Positions 1 to 10,010 of a stretch of DNA of 64,000 bases are shown one piece after another. The first letter of the stretch is position 1. Each line of letters starts with the position of its first letter. A model generated the notes under the pieces. It saw only the letters and a list, made by a program, of their open reading frames with translations, did not search any database and was not told where the DNA came from. The position numbers were made by a program, and so were the translations under genes. Origin of the DNA: Clostridia bacterium. GTDB lineage: Bacteria; Bacillota; Clostridia; Oscillospirales; CAG-272. The DNA is taken from assembly GCA_017463445.1 (NCBI GenBank), contig JAFTPF010000011.1:33087-97086 (forward strand). Reading direction: 5' to 3'.

Positions 1-43
1 CACCGAGCAAAGATACGATGGGTAAGATCAGTAATCTTTTCAA
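1..43 (-). CDS. possible 5' end of a secreted or membrane protein gene running off the window (partial)
   Basis: The minus strand reads AAAGGAG, 7 nt, TTG (codon 43..41), then the hydrophobic peptide LKRLLILPIVSLLG to the window edge. Only 14 codons are visible. Confidence 0.2.
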   Translation of the reverse strand, partial: MKRLLILPIVSLLG

Positions 44-395
44 GACAAATCTCCTTTCTTAACGGCAGCAGTGCCGATCATCTATCTGAAAACGCGTTTT
101 AGCAAAAGTGACAAAGTTCGGGCATATTTTCGTGCTCTGTTTGCCGACATTGCATAAAACAGCGCTTTTTTAGCCCATTTGAATTCATTCTACCATAAAA
201 TGACGGAAAAGTCAACCCTTTTTTTGCATTTTATAAAATTACCAGATTTTACTCATTTAAAGAAAACCTCCAAGGGCGAGTCAGCGAATTTGTTTAAAAA
301 AATTTTTCAAATATCGGAGAATTTGGCTTGTAATCTTCACATATTTATGGTAACATATTCTATAAGGCATATTTTTTGTTCAAATGAGGATAGTT

Positions 396-1235
396 ATGAC
401 TATTTGGGAATCCATCTTTTACGGCATTGTGCAAGGCGTTGCCGAGTTTCTGCCCATCTCCTCCTCCGGACACCTGGCTATCTTCCAAGGCGTGTTCGGC
501 ACAGGCGATCCCGACGCCAATATCTCCTTCAACGTCCTGCTCCACCTGGGTACGTTGATCGCCGTTTTTATCGTTTATTGGAGAGACATCGCGCAGTTGA
601 TAAGCGCTTTCTTCTCTCTTTGCGGCAAACTCTTGCGCGGCAATTTCAAGCTTTCGTCCTACACCGAAAACGAGCGGTTCGTGATCTTCATTCTCATCGC
701 CACCCTTCCGCTGATCCCCGCCGCCCTGATCGAAGGCTATATTTCCGCACTTTCTTCCTATATTATTATCGTTGGCGTGATCCTGCTCTTTAATGCCGTC
801 CTGCTGTTCTTCTCCGACAAGATGGCAAAGGGCAACAAGACCCTTAGTGAAGTCAAGCCTCGCAACGCTTTAGTCGTGGGACTTTGCCAGCTGCTGGCGA
901 CCCTGCCGGGTCTCTCCCGTTCGGGCTCCACCATCACAGGCGGACTTACCCAAGGCTTCGAGCGCCCCTTAGCGGTGAAGTTCTCCTTCATCCTGTCAAT
1001 TCCCGCTATCCTCGGCGCCTGCGTGTTGAAGCTCCCCGACTTCTTCGAGACTGCCTCCGCCGAGAGCAGCGAGCAGTTACTGATCTATCTTGCCGGCGCG
1101 CTGGTCGCCGCACTGATAGGCATTGCCGCGATGAAGCTTCTCACCTATATCTCTAAAAGATCCAACTTCAGAATATTCTCCTACTACTGCGTGATCGCAG
1201 GCATCTTCGCCATCGTCTGGGGCATCACTCATTGA
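396..1235 (+). CDS. uppP: undecaprenyl-diphosphate phosphatase (UppP/BacA)
   Basis: ORF 384..1235. It is multi-TM, with N-terminal GIVQGVAEFLPISSSGHL and later LPGLSRSGSTITGG motifs typical of UppP. ATG 396 is preferred because GAGGA (386-390) lies 5 nt upstream. Confidence 0.9.
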   Translation: MTIWESIFYGIVQGVAEFLPISSSGHLAIFQGVFGTGDPDANISFNVLLHLGTLIAVFIVYWRDIAQLISAFFSLCGKLLRGNFKLSSYTENERFVIFILIATLPLIPAALIEGYISALSSYIIIVGVILLFNAVLLFFSDKMAKGNKTLSEVKPRNALVVGLCQLLATLPGLSRSGSTITGGLTQGFERPLAVKFSFILSIPAILGACVLKLPDFFETASAESSEQLLIYLAGALVAALIGIAAMKLLTYISKRSNFRIFSYYCVIAGIFAIVWGITH

Positions 1236-1260
1236 CGGCGAACCATGAAAGGACGTATGA

Positions 1261-4026
1261 ATGGCTACTAACAAGAAAAAAAAGAAAGCCCCCGCCAAAT
1301 CTCCCGCTAAAGCGACAGAACAGACGGAAAAAATCACTTCCCGCACTGCTCCCCGACAGGAAACGGAGCAGAATGAGCACAAAAACGATCCCGACAGTCT
1401 GGGCAATCTGATCGTCCTCTTTGCTCTGCTTACCCTGTCGATCCTCTCCTTTGTCTTCCTCTTCTTCACCGATCTGTCGGCAGGCACCGACGGCAACGCC
1501 GGACCTGTCGGGTACGCATTTTGCTGTATTCTCTTCGGACTGCTGGGACCCTCGGCGTATTTGATCCCCTTCGCTCTGCTGTATCTGGTGATCTTCCGGG
1601 GCAGAAGTCTGCGACAAAACACTTATCTGCTGAAATTCGTCTCGGCTTTTCTCTTCGTCTTGCTGATCTCCACCGCCTTCCAGCTGTGGATACAGAATTC
1701 CTCGTCCTTGGGTCTTTCCACCCTCTGGTCCCGCGGCATTGACGGAAACGGCGGCGGCGTTCTGGGCGGTTTGATCGGCGGATTCCTGTATATGCTGATG
1801 AAAAAAGCGGCGTGGTTTATTCTGGCTCCCTGCATTCTGGTGAATATCCTGCTGCTGGCAGAGGTAACCCCCTCCATGATCACCCGTTTCTTCCGTAGAC
1901 TTGCCGCCAACCTGCGGGCCTATATGGCATCCCGTACCGAAGAAGAGGACGAGCCCGAGGAAGTGGAAAAGCCTACTCCTCCCAAAAAGAAAAAGAAGCC
2001 CACGGAAGAGGAGGAGCCGGTACAGGCGAAGCCCTATACCGCGCCGATCCCGCCTCCCGAAAAGCCTAAGCGCAAGGTATTCGGCGTAGAGGACGAGCCT
2101 GCCCCCGAACCCACTATGGAGGTTCCTGCGGTAGAAATGAAGCCGGTAGAGGTGGCAAACCCCATGGGCGATCCCGTGGTGGTCAATACCGCCACCGGCG
2201 AGGTTTTGGAGCCGGTCTACGCCTCCGCCGCCGCGTCGGGCTCCTCCACGGGCGAGCTGACGCTCACCGACATTTACGTCTCCCCCGAGAGCGACGAGGC
2301 CGCCGACCGTCTTGCGCAAGAGATGGAAAACCAGCGTCACCGCGCCCTCGGCGAACACAACGCCGCCGAGCTGGATATGTCCGATGAGGATCGCGCCCCG
2401 TGGGAGGATCCCATCGCGCCCGGTACAGGCACCGAACCGCTGACCCCCGAGGAAGAGGAGGTTGCCGCCTTCCTGCTGGACACCACCCGCGAACCGATCG
2501 CAGAGGAAACGCTGCCCGATTACGCCGTGGAGGAAACCAAGCCCATTTATCGCTTCCCGCCTCTCTCCCTGCTCTCACAGAACATCAATCTCCGGGCGGA
2601 GGACAACAGCGAGGAGCTGCGCCGCAACGGCGAAAAGCTGGTCTCTGTACTGCGCTCCTTCCGCGTATCCACCGAGATCGTGAACATTTCCCACGGTCCC
2701 ACCATCACCCGTTACGAGCTTGCCCCCAAGGAGGGCGTGCGCGTCCGTGCCATCGCCAATCTGGTAGACGACATCGCTCTGAATCTGGAGACCTCGGGCG
2801 TGCGCATCGAAGCGCCCATCCCCGGCAAAGCCGCCGTGGGCATCGAGGTTCCCAACAAGTCCGCCGCTACCGTCTATCTTCGGGAGCTTTTAGAAAACTC
2901 CACCTTCGAGAACTCCAAGAGTAAGGTGACCTGCGCGCTGGGTATGGACGTTGCCGGCGATCCCGTGTATCTGGACATTGCCAAGATGCCTCACCTGCTC
3001 ATCGCAGGTGCTACCGGTATGGGTAAATCGGTCTGCATCAACTCGCTGATCGTTTCCCTACTCTACAAAGCTTCCCCCGACGAGGTCAAGCTGATCCTCA
3101 TCGACCCCAAAAAGGTGGAGCTGAACGTCTACAACAAGCTCCCCCACCTGCTGGTTCCCGTTGTAAACCTGCCCAAGAAGGCGGCAGGCTCCCTGTCCTG
3201 GGCGGTGGGCGAAATGGAGCGCCGCTTCGAGCTGATCGAGGAAGTGGGCGTGCGCGACATCAAGGGCTACAATCAGATCACCGCAAACGATCCTCAAAAG
3301 GAATATCTCCCCCACATCGTCATCATCATCGACGAGCTTGCCGACCTGATGATGACCGCCCCCGACGACGTGGAAGAGTCGATCTGCCGTCTGGCGCAAA
3401 AGGCCCGTGCGGCGGGTATGCACCTGATCATCGGTACCCAGCGTCCTTCGGTAGACGTCATCACCGGTCTGATCAAGGCGAACATTCCCTCCCGAATCGC
3501 CTTCACGGTAGCCTCTAACGTGGACTCCCGTACCATCATTGACGTTGCCGGCGCAGAAAAGCTGATCGGCCGCGGTGATATGCTCTACGCGCCCGTCGGT
3601 GCCATGAAGCCTATCCGCGTACAGGGCTCCTTCGTCTCTGACAAGGAGGTGGAAGCGGTCTGCGACTTCATCCGCGCACAGGCAGGCGAGGGCGAGTACA
3701 GCTCCGATATTATGGAACAGATCGACAAAAACGCCGAACAATGCGGACAGAAGAAGAAATCCGGCTCTGCCGACCTGTCTGCGGGTGACAGCGACGACGG
3801 CGAGATCGATCCCAAATTCAACGACGCTGTGGAGGTTGCTCTGGAAATGGGCAAGATCTCTACATCCCTCCTCCAGCGCCGCCTGAATCTGGGCTACGGA
3901 CGAGCCGCTAAGATCATCGACCGTATGCAGGCCTGCGGCATCGTCAGCGAGCCCGACGGTCAGAAGCCCCGCAACGTCCTCATCTCCCGCTCAGACTGGA
4001 ATGAGATCAAGATGCGAAGTGAGTAA
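1261..4026 (+). CDS. ftsK: DNA translocase FtsK/SpoIIIE family
   Basis: 921 aa. It has a Lys-rich N-terminus, TM segments and a Pro/Glu-rich linker. The motor domain carries Walker A GATGMGKS and IIIDELADLM, followed by a C-terminal winged-helix gamma-like tail. Confidence 0.93.
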   Translation: MATNKKKKKAPAKSPAKATEQTEKITSRTAPRQETEQNEHKNDPDSLGNLIVLFALLTLSILSFVFLFFTDLSAGTDGNAGPVGYAFCCILFGLLGPSAYLIPFALLYLVIFRGRSLRQNTYLLKFVSAFLFVLLISTAFQLWIQNSSSLGLSTLWSRGIDGNGGGVLGGLIGGFLYMLMKKAAWFILAPCILVNILLLAEVTPSMITRFFRRLAANLRAYMASRTEEEDEPEEVEKPTPPKKKKKPTEEEEPVQAKPYTAPIPPPEKPKRKVFGVEDEPAPEPTMEVPAVEMKPVEVANPMGDPVVVNTATGEVLEPVYASAAASGSSTGELTLTDIYVSPESDEAADRLAQEMENQRHRALGEHNAAELDMSDEDRAPWEDPIAPGTGTEPLTPEEEEVAAFLLDTTREPIAEETLPDYAVEETKPIYRFPPLSLLSQNINLRAEDNSEELRRNGEKLVSVLRSFRVSTEIVNISHGPTITRYELAPKEGVRVRAIANLVDDIALNLETSGVRIEAPIPGKAAVGIEVPNKSAATVYLRELLENSTFENSKSKVTCALGMDVAGDPVYLDIAKMPHLLIAGATGMGKSVCINSLIVSLLYKASPDEVKLILIDPKKVELNVYNKLPHLLVPVVNLPKKAAGSLSWAVGEMERRFELIEEVGVRDIKGYNQITANDPQKEYLPHIVIIIDELADLMMTAPDDVEESICRLAQKARAAGMHLIIGTQRPSVDVITGLIKANIPSRIAFTVASNVDSRTIIDVAGAEKLIGRGDMLYAPVGAMKPIRVQGSFVSDKEVEAVCDFIRAQAGEGEYSSDIMEQIDKNAEQCGQKKKSGSADLSAGDSDDGEIDPKFNDAVEVALEMGKISTSLLQRRLNLGYGRAAKIIDRMQACGIVSEPDGQKPRNVLISRSDWNEIKMRSE

Positions 4027-4031
4027 AGTGC

Positions 4032-4127
4032 CCAAGGGCTCTGCCCTTGGATCCCGGCAGGAACCCTTTTAAAAAAGGGTTCCTGCACCTCCTAAAACTT
4101 TCATAAAAGCCGACAAATCCTTGTCGG
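4032..4127. repeat. mosaic hairpin element, inverted orientation (modules P1-P2-linker-P3)
   Basis: Hairpins are CCAAGGGCTCTGCCCTTGG (4032-4050), CAGGAACCCTTTTAAAAAAGGGTTCCTG (4058-4085) and GCCGACAAATCCTTGTCGGC (4108-4127). The linker is CCTCCTAAAACTTTCATAAAA. The same modules recur at six other loci. Confidence 0.8.
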
Positions 4128-4189
4128 CCGGGAAATAACATACTCAAAACTTTTCGCAAAGGAAATATGGTATTCATTATAATTCCTTT

Positions 4190-4265
4190 CCCAAAAGTTC
4201 TTGAAAATTCAAAAACCTACTTACAAGAAGGTTTTTGGCAGGGGTTTGGGGACAGCGTCCCCAAA
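4190..4265. repeat. partial second mosaic copy (linker motif plus two hairpins)
   Basis: CAAAAGTTCTTGAAAA is the linker motif, also seen at 18916-18944 in reverse complement. AAACCTACTTACAAGAAGGTTT and TTTGGGGACAGCGTCCCCAAA (4245-4265) are hairpins. Confidence 0.6.
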
Positions 4266-4286
4266 TACAGAAAGGATTTATTCAAA

Positions 4287-4946
4287 ATGGGTAAACTATT
4301 TGTGATCGACGGGCTGGACGGCTCCGGCAAGGGCACGCAGTCCGCGAAACTCACCGAATATCTCACAAAAAAGGGCATTGATGCCCGTCGGATCAGTTTT
4401 CCTGCTTACGGCACCCGCGGTGCCGCACTGGTGGAAGGATATCTGGGCGGTGAGCTGGGCGGCAGGCCGGACGATACCGGTGCATACGCCACCTCGACCT
4501 TTTATGCCGTAGATCGCTACTGGTCTTACCGCACCCAGTGGGGTGAGTTCTACCACCGTCCCGACAGCGTGGTGGTCTGCGACCGCTACACCACCGCCAA
4601 CGCCGTCCATCAGTGCTCCAAGCTGCCAAAGGAGCAGTGGAACGCTTACCTCGACTGGCTATGGGACAACGAATACAACAAGCTGGGCATTCCCCGCCCC
4701 GACAAGATCTGCTATCTGGAGATGCGTCCCGACCTCTCCCGCCGTCTGGTGGAAGAGCGTTCGGTGAAGGAAGGGCGCAAGATCGACATCCACGAGGGCG
4801 ATTACGAATACCTCTGCCGTTGCTATGAGGCGGCACTCTACGCCAGCGATTATCTGGGCTGGGAGAAGATCACCTGCTACGAGGGTGACACCATCCGCTC
4901 GGTGGATGACATCTTCGCCGAGCTGCTCACGAGGCTGGAGCTGTGA
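4287..4946 (+). CDS. thymidylate kinase family (dTMP kinase-like) protein
   Basis: MGKLFVIDGLDGSGKGTQS is a P-loop at the N-terminus and DRY follows downstream. AAAGGA lies upstream of ATG 4287. The 40-codon extension in track ORF 4167 is encoded by repeat DNA and is rejected. Confidence 0.75.
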   Translation: MGKLFVIDGLDGSGKGTQSAKLTEYLTKKGIDARRISFPAYGTRGAALVEGYLGGELGGRPDDTGAYATSTFYAVDRYWSYRTQWGEFYHRPDSVVVCDRYTTANAVHQCSKLPKEQWNAYLDWLWDNEYNKLGIPRPDKICYLEMRPDLSRRLVEERSVKEGRKIDIHEGDYEYLCRCYEAALYASDYLGWEKITCYEGDTIRSVDDIFAELLTRLEL

Positions 4947-5596
4947 CCATTCGCAGAAGCTGTGCCGCCGATCTGCCCGCTCTGCAAGCACTCTGGCAGG
5001 AGGTCTTCGGCGATCCGCCCGCATTCACGGGTCGGTTTTACGAAACCTTCGGAGCTGACTGCGCTATCGTTGCCGAGGAGGACGGCAGGGTGATCGCAAT
5101 GATCCACCCGCTCCCCGTGGCTTTGGCGCAAAACGGGCAGTGCTCCTTCGGGGTATACATCTACGCCCTCGCTACCGCCCCCAACCATCGGGGACGCGGC
5201 ATTGCCTCCCGATTGCTGGAGGAGGCAGAGACCGCTCCCTTTCCCACTAATCCCACCCTTGCGGGCGCAGATACCGTCGGGCTTACCGCCGTGGAGACGC
5301 AAACCCCCGCATTTTCCCTGCTCATCCCCGCCGAAGAGAGTCTGTTCCAATACTACCGCGCCCGCGGTTACGACCGACCCTCAAGAGTTGTATCGGCAGA
5401 AGCCAACGATTACTCCGCCCATCTGGTGCAAGGACTGGCGAGAGATCCCGTTTTTCTTAAGCCCGAGCCCTTTTATACGCTGTCGGTAAAGATCCCCGAA
5501 CCGATTCCCCCTCCCGTAGAATGCGCGCTGTGGAAAGCCCTCTCCCCTGATCTTGTAGCGGACAGCGAGCCGACCCTCTCCCATTTTATGCAATAA
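4943..5596 (+). CDS. GNAT family N-acetyltransferase
   Basis: The acetyl-CoA binding signature is present: YIYALATAPNHRGRGIASRLL (R-G-x-G-I/A). The GTG start overlaps the preceding stop (GTGA). Confidence 0.7.
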   Translation: MTIRRSCAADLPALQALWQEVFGDPPAFTGRFYETFGADCAIVAEEDGRVIAMIHPLPVALAQNGQCSFGVYIYALATAPNHRGRGIASRLLEEAETAPFPTNPTLAGADTVGLTAVETQTPAFSLLIPAEESLFQYYRARGYDRPSRVVSAEANDYSAHLVQGLARDPVFLKPEPFYTLSVKIPEPIPPPVECALWKALSPDLVADSEPTLSHFMQ

Positions 5597-5614
5597 TCAC
5601 TCAAGGAGTTTTCT

Positions 5615-6157
5615 ATGATCTATATTTTTCTTGCAGACGGCTTCGAAGAGATCGAAGCCCTCACTCCCGTAGACGTCTTCCGCCGTGCGGGACTTGACAC
5701 CGTCACCGTTTCCATCTCCGACAGTTACACCGTAATCGGCTCCCACAACATCGCGGTTGCCGCCGACAAGCTCCTGTCCGAGGTCGATCTTGCCGACGCC
5801 GATCTGCTCCTCCTCCCCGGCGGAATGCCCGGAGCCCGTCATCTGGGGGCCTGCACACCTCTTCGCGATGCGGTCTCCGCTCACGCGGGTGCCGGCAAGC
5901 CTGTTGCCGCCATCTGTGCAGCTCCCTCCGTACTGGGCGCGCTGGGACTGCTCCGCGGCAAGGAAGCCATCTGCTATCCCGGTTTTGAGGATGCGCTCAT
6001 CGGTGCCACGATCTCCGAGAAAAAGGTCGTCCGTGACGGCAACATCGTCACCGCTGCCGGTATGGGCGTTGCGCTGGACTTTGCGCTGGAATGTCTCTGC
6101 CTTTTAGGTCGCGATTCCGACGCCGCCCGCATCCGCACATCGGTCATCGCCGAATAA
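5615..6157 (+). CDS. DJ-1/PfpI (ThiJ) family protein
   Basis: 180 aa. The nucleophile-elbow context AAICAAPSVLG is present, with LLLPGGMPG upstream. AAGGAG is the RBS. Confidence 0.85.
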   Translation: MIYIFLADGFEEIEALTPVDVFRRAGLDTVTVSISDSYTVIGSHNIAVAADKLLSEVDLADADLLLLPGGMPGARHLGACTPLRDAVSAHAGAGKPVAAICAAPSVLGALGLLRGKEAICYPGFEDALIGATISEKKVVRDGNIVTAAGMGVALDFALECLCLLGRDSDAARIRTSVIAE

Positions 6158-6233
6158 CCATTGAAGAAGTTGCTTTTTGCTCCGCAAAAAGCTCCCGAAT
6201 TTATTCTTTATTCTTTAGTATCCAAGGAGTCCT

Positions 6234-6824
6234 ATGTCTGCCCATTACAATCTCAAAGAACATAAAAAACAGCTGCGGGCAGACCTTCTTGCCCGTCGGC
6301 GATCCATCTCCCCCGATGATAAAGCGCGGCTGGACGGCAAGATCGTTTCGGTCTTCACCTCACTTATCTCCTACCGCTTTGCAGAGGTCCTTCTCCTTTA
6401 CTATCCCCGTCCAGATGAGATCGACACCCGTCCGATCCTCGCCGCCGCGCTGGCGGCAGGCAAAAAGGTCGCCTATCCTCGCACTGCTTCGGACGGACGG
6501 ATGGACTTTCACTATATCCACACCGAAGATGACCTGGTTCCGGGAGCCTTCGGTATCCCCGAGCCGCGGGAGAGCTGTCCCCGATTTGAACCGGACACCT
6601 GCGGCAAAGGCGTGCTGATGGCAGTCCCCGGTCTTTCCTTCGACCATAGCGGCTACCGCCTCGGCTACGGAAAGGGCTATTACGACCGCTACCTGGAAAA
6701 CCGCGAGATCGCCACTGCCGGACTGGTATACTCTGATTTCGTGACCCACACACTGCCCCGCGGACGTTACGACCTGCCCGTACACTTCATTGTTACCGAA
6801 AAGGGGGTCACATCGATTGAGTAA
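6234..6824 (+). CDS. 5-formyltetrahydrofolate cyclo-ligase
   Basis: 196 aa. The C-terminal motif GYRLGYGKGYYDRYL and upstream VAYPR are typical of the MTHFS family. AAGGAG is the RBS. Confidence 0.85.
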   Translation: MSAHYNLKEHKKQLRADLLARRRSISPDDKARLDGKIVSVFTSLISYRFAEVLLLYYPRPDEIDTRPILAAALAAGKKVAYPRTASDGRMDFHYIHTEDDLVPGAFGIPEPRESCPRFEPDTCGKGVLMAVPGLSFDHSGYRLGYGKGYYDRYLENREIATAGLVYSDFVTHTLPRGRYDLPVHFIVTEKGVTSIE

Positions 6825-7728
6825 ATTCAAACCATACACCCCGCCCGCCGCCCTATTACTGACCGTTTTTGTTTTATTGGCACTGTCCGGTCTGCTGACG
6901 AGTACCTCTGACCAGATCTCGGAGCTGTTCTTCACCAATATGATCTTGCAGATCGTAATCTTCATCCTCCCCGCGCTGTTTTACTGCAAGATCCGACGCC
7001 GCAAGGTCACACACTCCAGCTATACCTTTGCCATCCTGCCCGCCCACCCCGTGTTTTTGCTGTCGATCTTCGGCGTGATCGTGCTGGGCAGTATGCTGGT
7101 CAATCTGGGCGTTGCCGCCCTCTTCGGCATCGCCGAAGAGTTTGGTACATCCGCCTCCACCACGCTGACCGGCATCGCCGACGCCTCGGGAGCGGTATTC
7201 GTCATTTTCTCCTTCTGCATCCTCCCCGCCATCACCGAAGAATTCTTCTTCCGCGGAATACTGCTTTCGGAATATACCGACAGCAATCCCACGGCAGCGG
7301 TGCTCCTCAGCACGGTGGCGTTCGCCGTGTCCCATTTCGACCCGATCCAAATGCCTGCCTATCTGCTGAGCGGTCTGCTGCTGGCATTCTCGGTCCGTGT
7401 CACCCGTAGCTTGCTCGCCCCCATATTCCTGCACTGCGCCGTCAACCTCTTCAACGTCTTCCTGCTCCCTTACCTGTGGCAGGTGACCCTCGCGCCTTTA
7501 GGCGTACTTTTCACTGTCTTCATTCTGGTAGGGCTCCTCCTGATCTGCGCATTGGTGGCACTTCGGGAGACCGAACAGATCTATACCGACTACGCCTCCG
7601 ACCCTCGCCGCGAGAAGGACAGCTTCGGTAAGCCCGGCAGTTTTTTCACAACGTTCCTCTATGGGCTGTTCTCCCCTCCCTTCGCCGCCGCGCTGATCCT
7701 AGCCCTGGTCCTGATACTCATCAAGTGA
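6790..7728 (+). CDS. CPBP family intramembrane glutamic endopeptidase (CAAX protease-like)
   Basis: It is multi-TM and carries motifs EEFFFRG, AVSH and HCAVN. The start is uncertain: ATG 6790 overlaps the upstream gene by 35 nt, and TTG 6817 is an alternative. Confidence 0.8.
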   Translation: MLPKRGSHRLSKFKPYTPPAALLLTVFVLLALSGLLTSTSDQISELFFTNMILQIVIFILPALFYCKIRRRKVTHSSYTFAILPAHPVFLLSIFGVIVLGSMLVNLGVAALFGIAEEFGTSASTTLTGIADASGAVFVIFSFCILPAITEEFFFRGILLSEYTDSNPTAAVLLSTVAFAVSHFDPIQMPAYLLSGLLLAFSVRVTRSLLAPIFLHCAVNLFNVFLLPYLWQVTLAPLGVLFTVFILVGLLLICALVALRETEQIYTDYASDPRREKDSFGKPGSFFTTFLYGLFSPPFAAALILALVLILIK

Positions 7729-7761
7729 TCCGAAAAACCTATTTGATCAAAGGAATAAACT

Positions 7762-9246
7762 ATGAAACCAACTAATTCCGCTGACGATACCGCACGCAAT
7801 ACCGCGCCCGATCCCGCCGAGGAGAGCGCAAAGCGCCCCGATCCGTCTGTTGCCGAGCTTCCGCCTGAAGGCGCTGAAGTATTGGAGGCCGAGGTGATCG
7901 AGATCCCCTCGCCCTCCCCCAAAACCAAGTCCGATGCCGCCTCCGGAGTCTCTGAGACCGCAGGGCTGGAGCTGGACAAGACCCTCTTTGAGGAGGGCGA
8001 TCCCGCCGATCTGCTGCATTTCGCTCCCGACGAAGACGAGCCATCCTCGTCGATCGACCGCACCCCCGATGAAGAGGCGCTGTCGTTCGACGATCTTGCG
8101 GTCAAGGACGACGATACGGAAGGCAAACCGACCGTCAAAAAGAAGAGGATCGTCCGCAGAGAGAAGGGCGCCGGCGTCCGCAGCCTCACTGCCGCCATTA
8201 TTTACTTGGTATCAGTGGTCTGTATCGGCGTTCTCTTGGGACTGTTCATTGTCTCGGTAGTCAACGACGTTTTCGCCTTCGTCAAGGACGATTCGATCTA
8301 TGAGATCACCATTGAAGACGAGAATATGTCGCTGGAAGAGCTATCCGAATACCTTTACGAAAAAGGAATCATCTCCTATCCCTCTATCTTCCGACTCTAT
8401 GTGGGGCTGAAAGAAGACGGAGAGATTACACTCAAGGAAGGAACCTATAACATCTCCCCCTCCTTCAACTACGACAAGATCCTGGGCGCCTTGAACCCCG
8501 CTCCCGTGCGGGAGGAGGTGACCATCACCTTCCAAGAAGGTATGACGGTGGACGACATCATCGATCTGTTTGTGTCCAAGGGCATCGGAACCCGGAAGGG
8601 ATTTGAGGACGCCATCGAAAACTATGAGTTCGACTATTGGTTTTTAAAGGATGTGGAGACTACCAAGGACCGTTACTACCGTCTGGAGGGCTATCTCTAC
8701 CCCGACACCTACCGCTTCTACTCCGACTCTTCTGAAGTTGCGGCGCTCAGTAAGCTACTGGACAACTTCAAAAAGAAGGTTCCCAAGAGCTACGCCGAGC
8801 AGTGCGCAGAGCTGGGCTACACCATGGATCAGATGCTCATCATCGCCTCTCTGATCGAAGCGGAATGTACCTGGGTAGCAGATTATGAATATGTTTCCGC
8901 CGTATTCCACAACCGTCTGAAGAGCGCCGATTTCAACGGACGGCTGGATTCGGACGCTTCGATCCAATATATTCTCCGCCACACCACCGGAGCCCGAAAG
9001 GAGAAGCTGGAGGACGCCGATCTCCAGATCGACTCTCCTTATAACACCCGTATTAAGGAAGGACTCCCTCCCGGTCCCATCTGCAATCCCTCCCTGAGCG
9101 CGATGACCGCCGCTCTCTATCCCAATGCGGATTGTGGCTACTACTACTTTGTGGCGCAAGCCAACCGATATAATCTCTACGCCAAGACCTACCAAGGTCA
9201 CCTGGACAACATCAAAAAGGTCGAGGAAGAGAGCGCGGAAAACTGA
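7762..9246 (+). CDS. mltG: endolytic murein transglycosylase MltG (YceG-like) with a long acidic N-terminal extension
   Basis: The YceG hallmark LEGYLYPDTYRF is present, with one TM segment (AAIIYLVSVVCIGVLLGLFIV) and a C-terminal LPPGPICNPS motif. About 140 acidic, Pro-rich residues precede the TM. Confidence 0.88.
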   Translation: MKPTNSADDTARNTAPDPAEESAKRPDPSVAELPPEGAEVLEAEVIEIPSPSPKTKSDAASGVSETAGLELDKTLFEEGDPADLLHFAPDEDEPSSSIDRTPDEEALSFDDLAVKDDDTEGKPTVKKKRIVRREKGAGVRSLTAAIIYLVSVVCIGVLLGLFIVSVVNDVFAFVKDDSIYEITIEDENMSLEELSEYLYEKGIISYPSIFRLYVGLKEDGEITLKEGTYNISPSFNYDKILGALNPAPVREEVTITFQEGMTVDDIIDLFVSKGIGTRKGFEDAIENYEFDYWFLKDVETTKDRYYRLEGYLYPDTYRFYSDSSEVAALSKLLDNFKKKVPKSYAEQCAELGYTMDQMLIIASLIEAECTWVADYEYVSAVFHNRLKSADFNGRLDSDASIQYILRHTTGARKEKLEDADLQIDSPYNTRIKEGLPPGPICNPSLSAMTAALYPNADCGYYYFVAQANRYNLYAKTYQGHLDNIKKVEEESAEN

Positions 9247-9257
9247 TCTTGCAACCC

Positions 9258-9294
9258 AATACCGGGCGTTTTTATCAAACGACCCGGTATTTTT
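9258..9294 (+). terminator. rho-independent terminator after mltG
   Basis: AATACCGGG...CCCGGTATT stem followed by a T-run. Confidence 0.65.
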
Positions 9295-9390
9295 GCGCAA
9301 AACCTGCAATTATTTACGAAATGTCGTTGACATCGCGGCAAAAATATATTATAATGATACTAATCGATATTTAGGAAAAGTGGTATTGCT

Positions 9391-10008
9391 ATGAAAAAAA
9401 AGATCCTTGCGACAGCATTGGCAATGTTGCTGACTGCCCCTCTACTTCTTTCCGGCTGCAGTGAACAAGACCCCAATGCCCCCGACGGCTATAAGCTCGC
9501 CTCCAACGACAACGTGGAGTACCGTCTCTTCGTCCCTTCGGATTGGATCGTGGACACTGCGGATGACAATTTGATGACCGCCGCCCGTGTCAATGACGTG
9601 ATCAACACCAACATCTCTATGATCGCCTACACCAACGATACCTATGAGGTGAAAAAGGACGACAAGGGAAACAGCATCTCTCCCGTCCCCGAATATTGGG
9701 CGGATTACAAGGCCGATCTGGAATGCATCTTCGATAAGGACAAAGAAGGAAAGACCACCTTCGCGCTGAACGAAGACCTGTCCGGCAAGACCTGTCTGAT
9801 CGGCGGAAACAGCGAGAGCGGCAAGACCGCCACCGGCTACACCTATGTCTACACCGGTAAGATCGGCGGCACCGAACTGAAGTATATGCAGGTCATCATC
9901 TTCCAGAAGGAGACCTTCTATCTGTTCACCTACACCTCCGTTCCCTCTCAATACGACGAGTATGTGGATGAGGTTGAGGAGATCCTCACCTACATCGAGC
10001 TTCCCTGA
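9391..10008 (+). CDS. lipoprotein, unknown function
   Basis: Signal peptide with lipobox LLLSGC. I recognise no family motif. Confidence 0.7.
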   Translation: MKKKILATALAMLLTAPLLLSGCSEQDPNAPDGYKLASNDNVEYRLFVPSDWIVDTADDNLMTAARVNDVINTNISMIAYTNDTYEVKKDDKGNSISPVPEYWADYKADLECIFDKDKEGKTTFALNEDLSGKTCLIGGNSESGKTATGYTYVYTGKIGGTELKYMQVIIFQKETFYLFTYTSVPSQYDEYVDEVEEILTYIELP

Positions 10009-10010
10009 CC

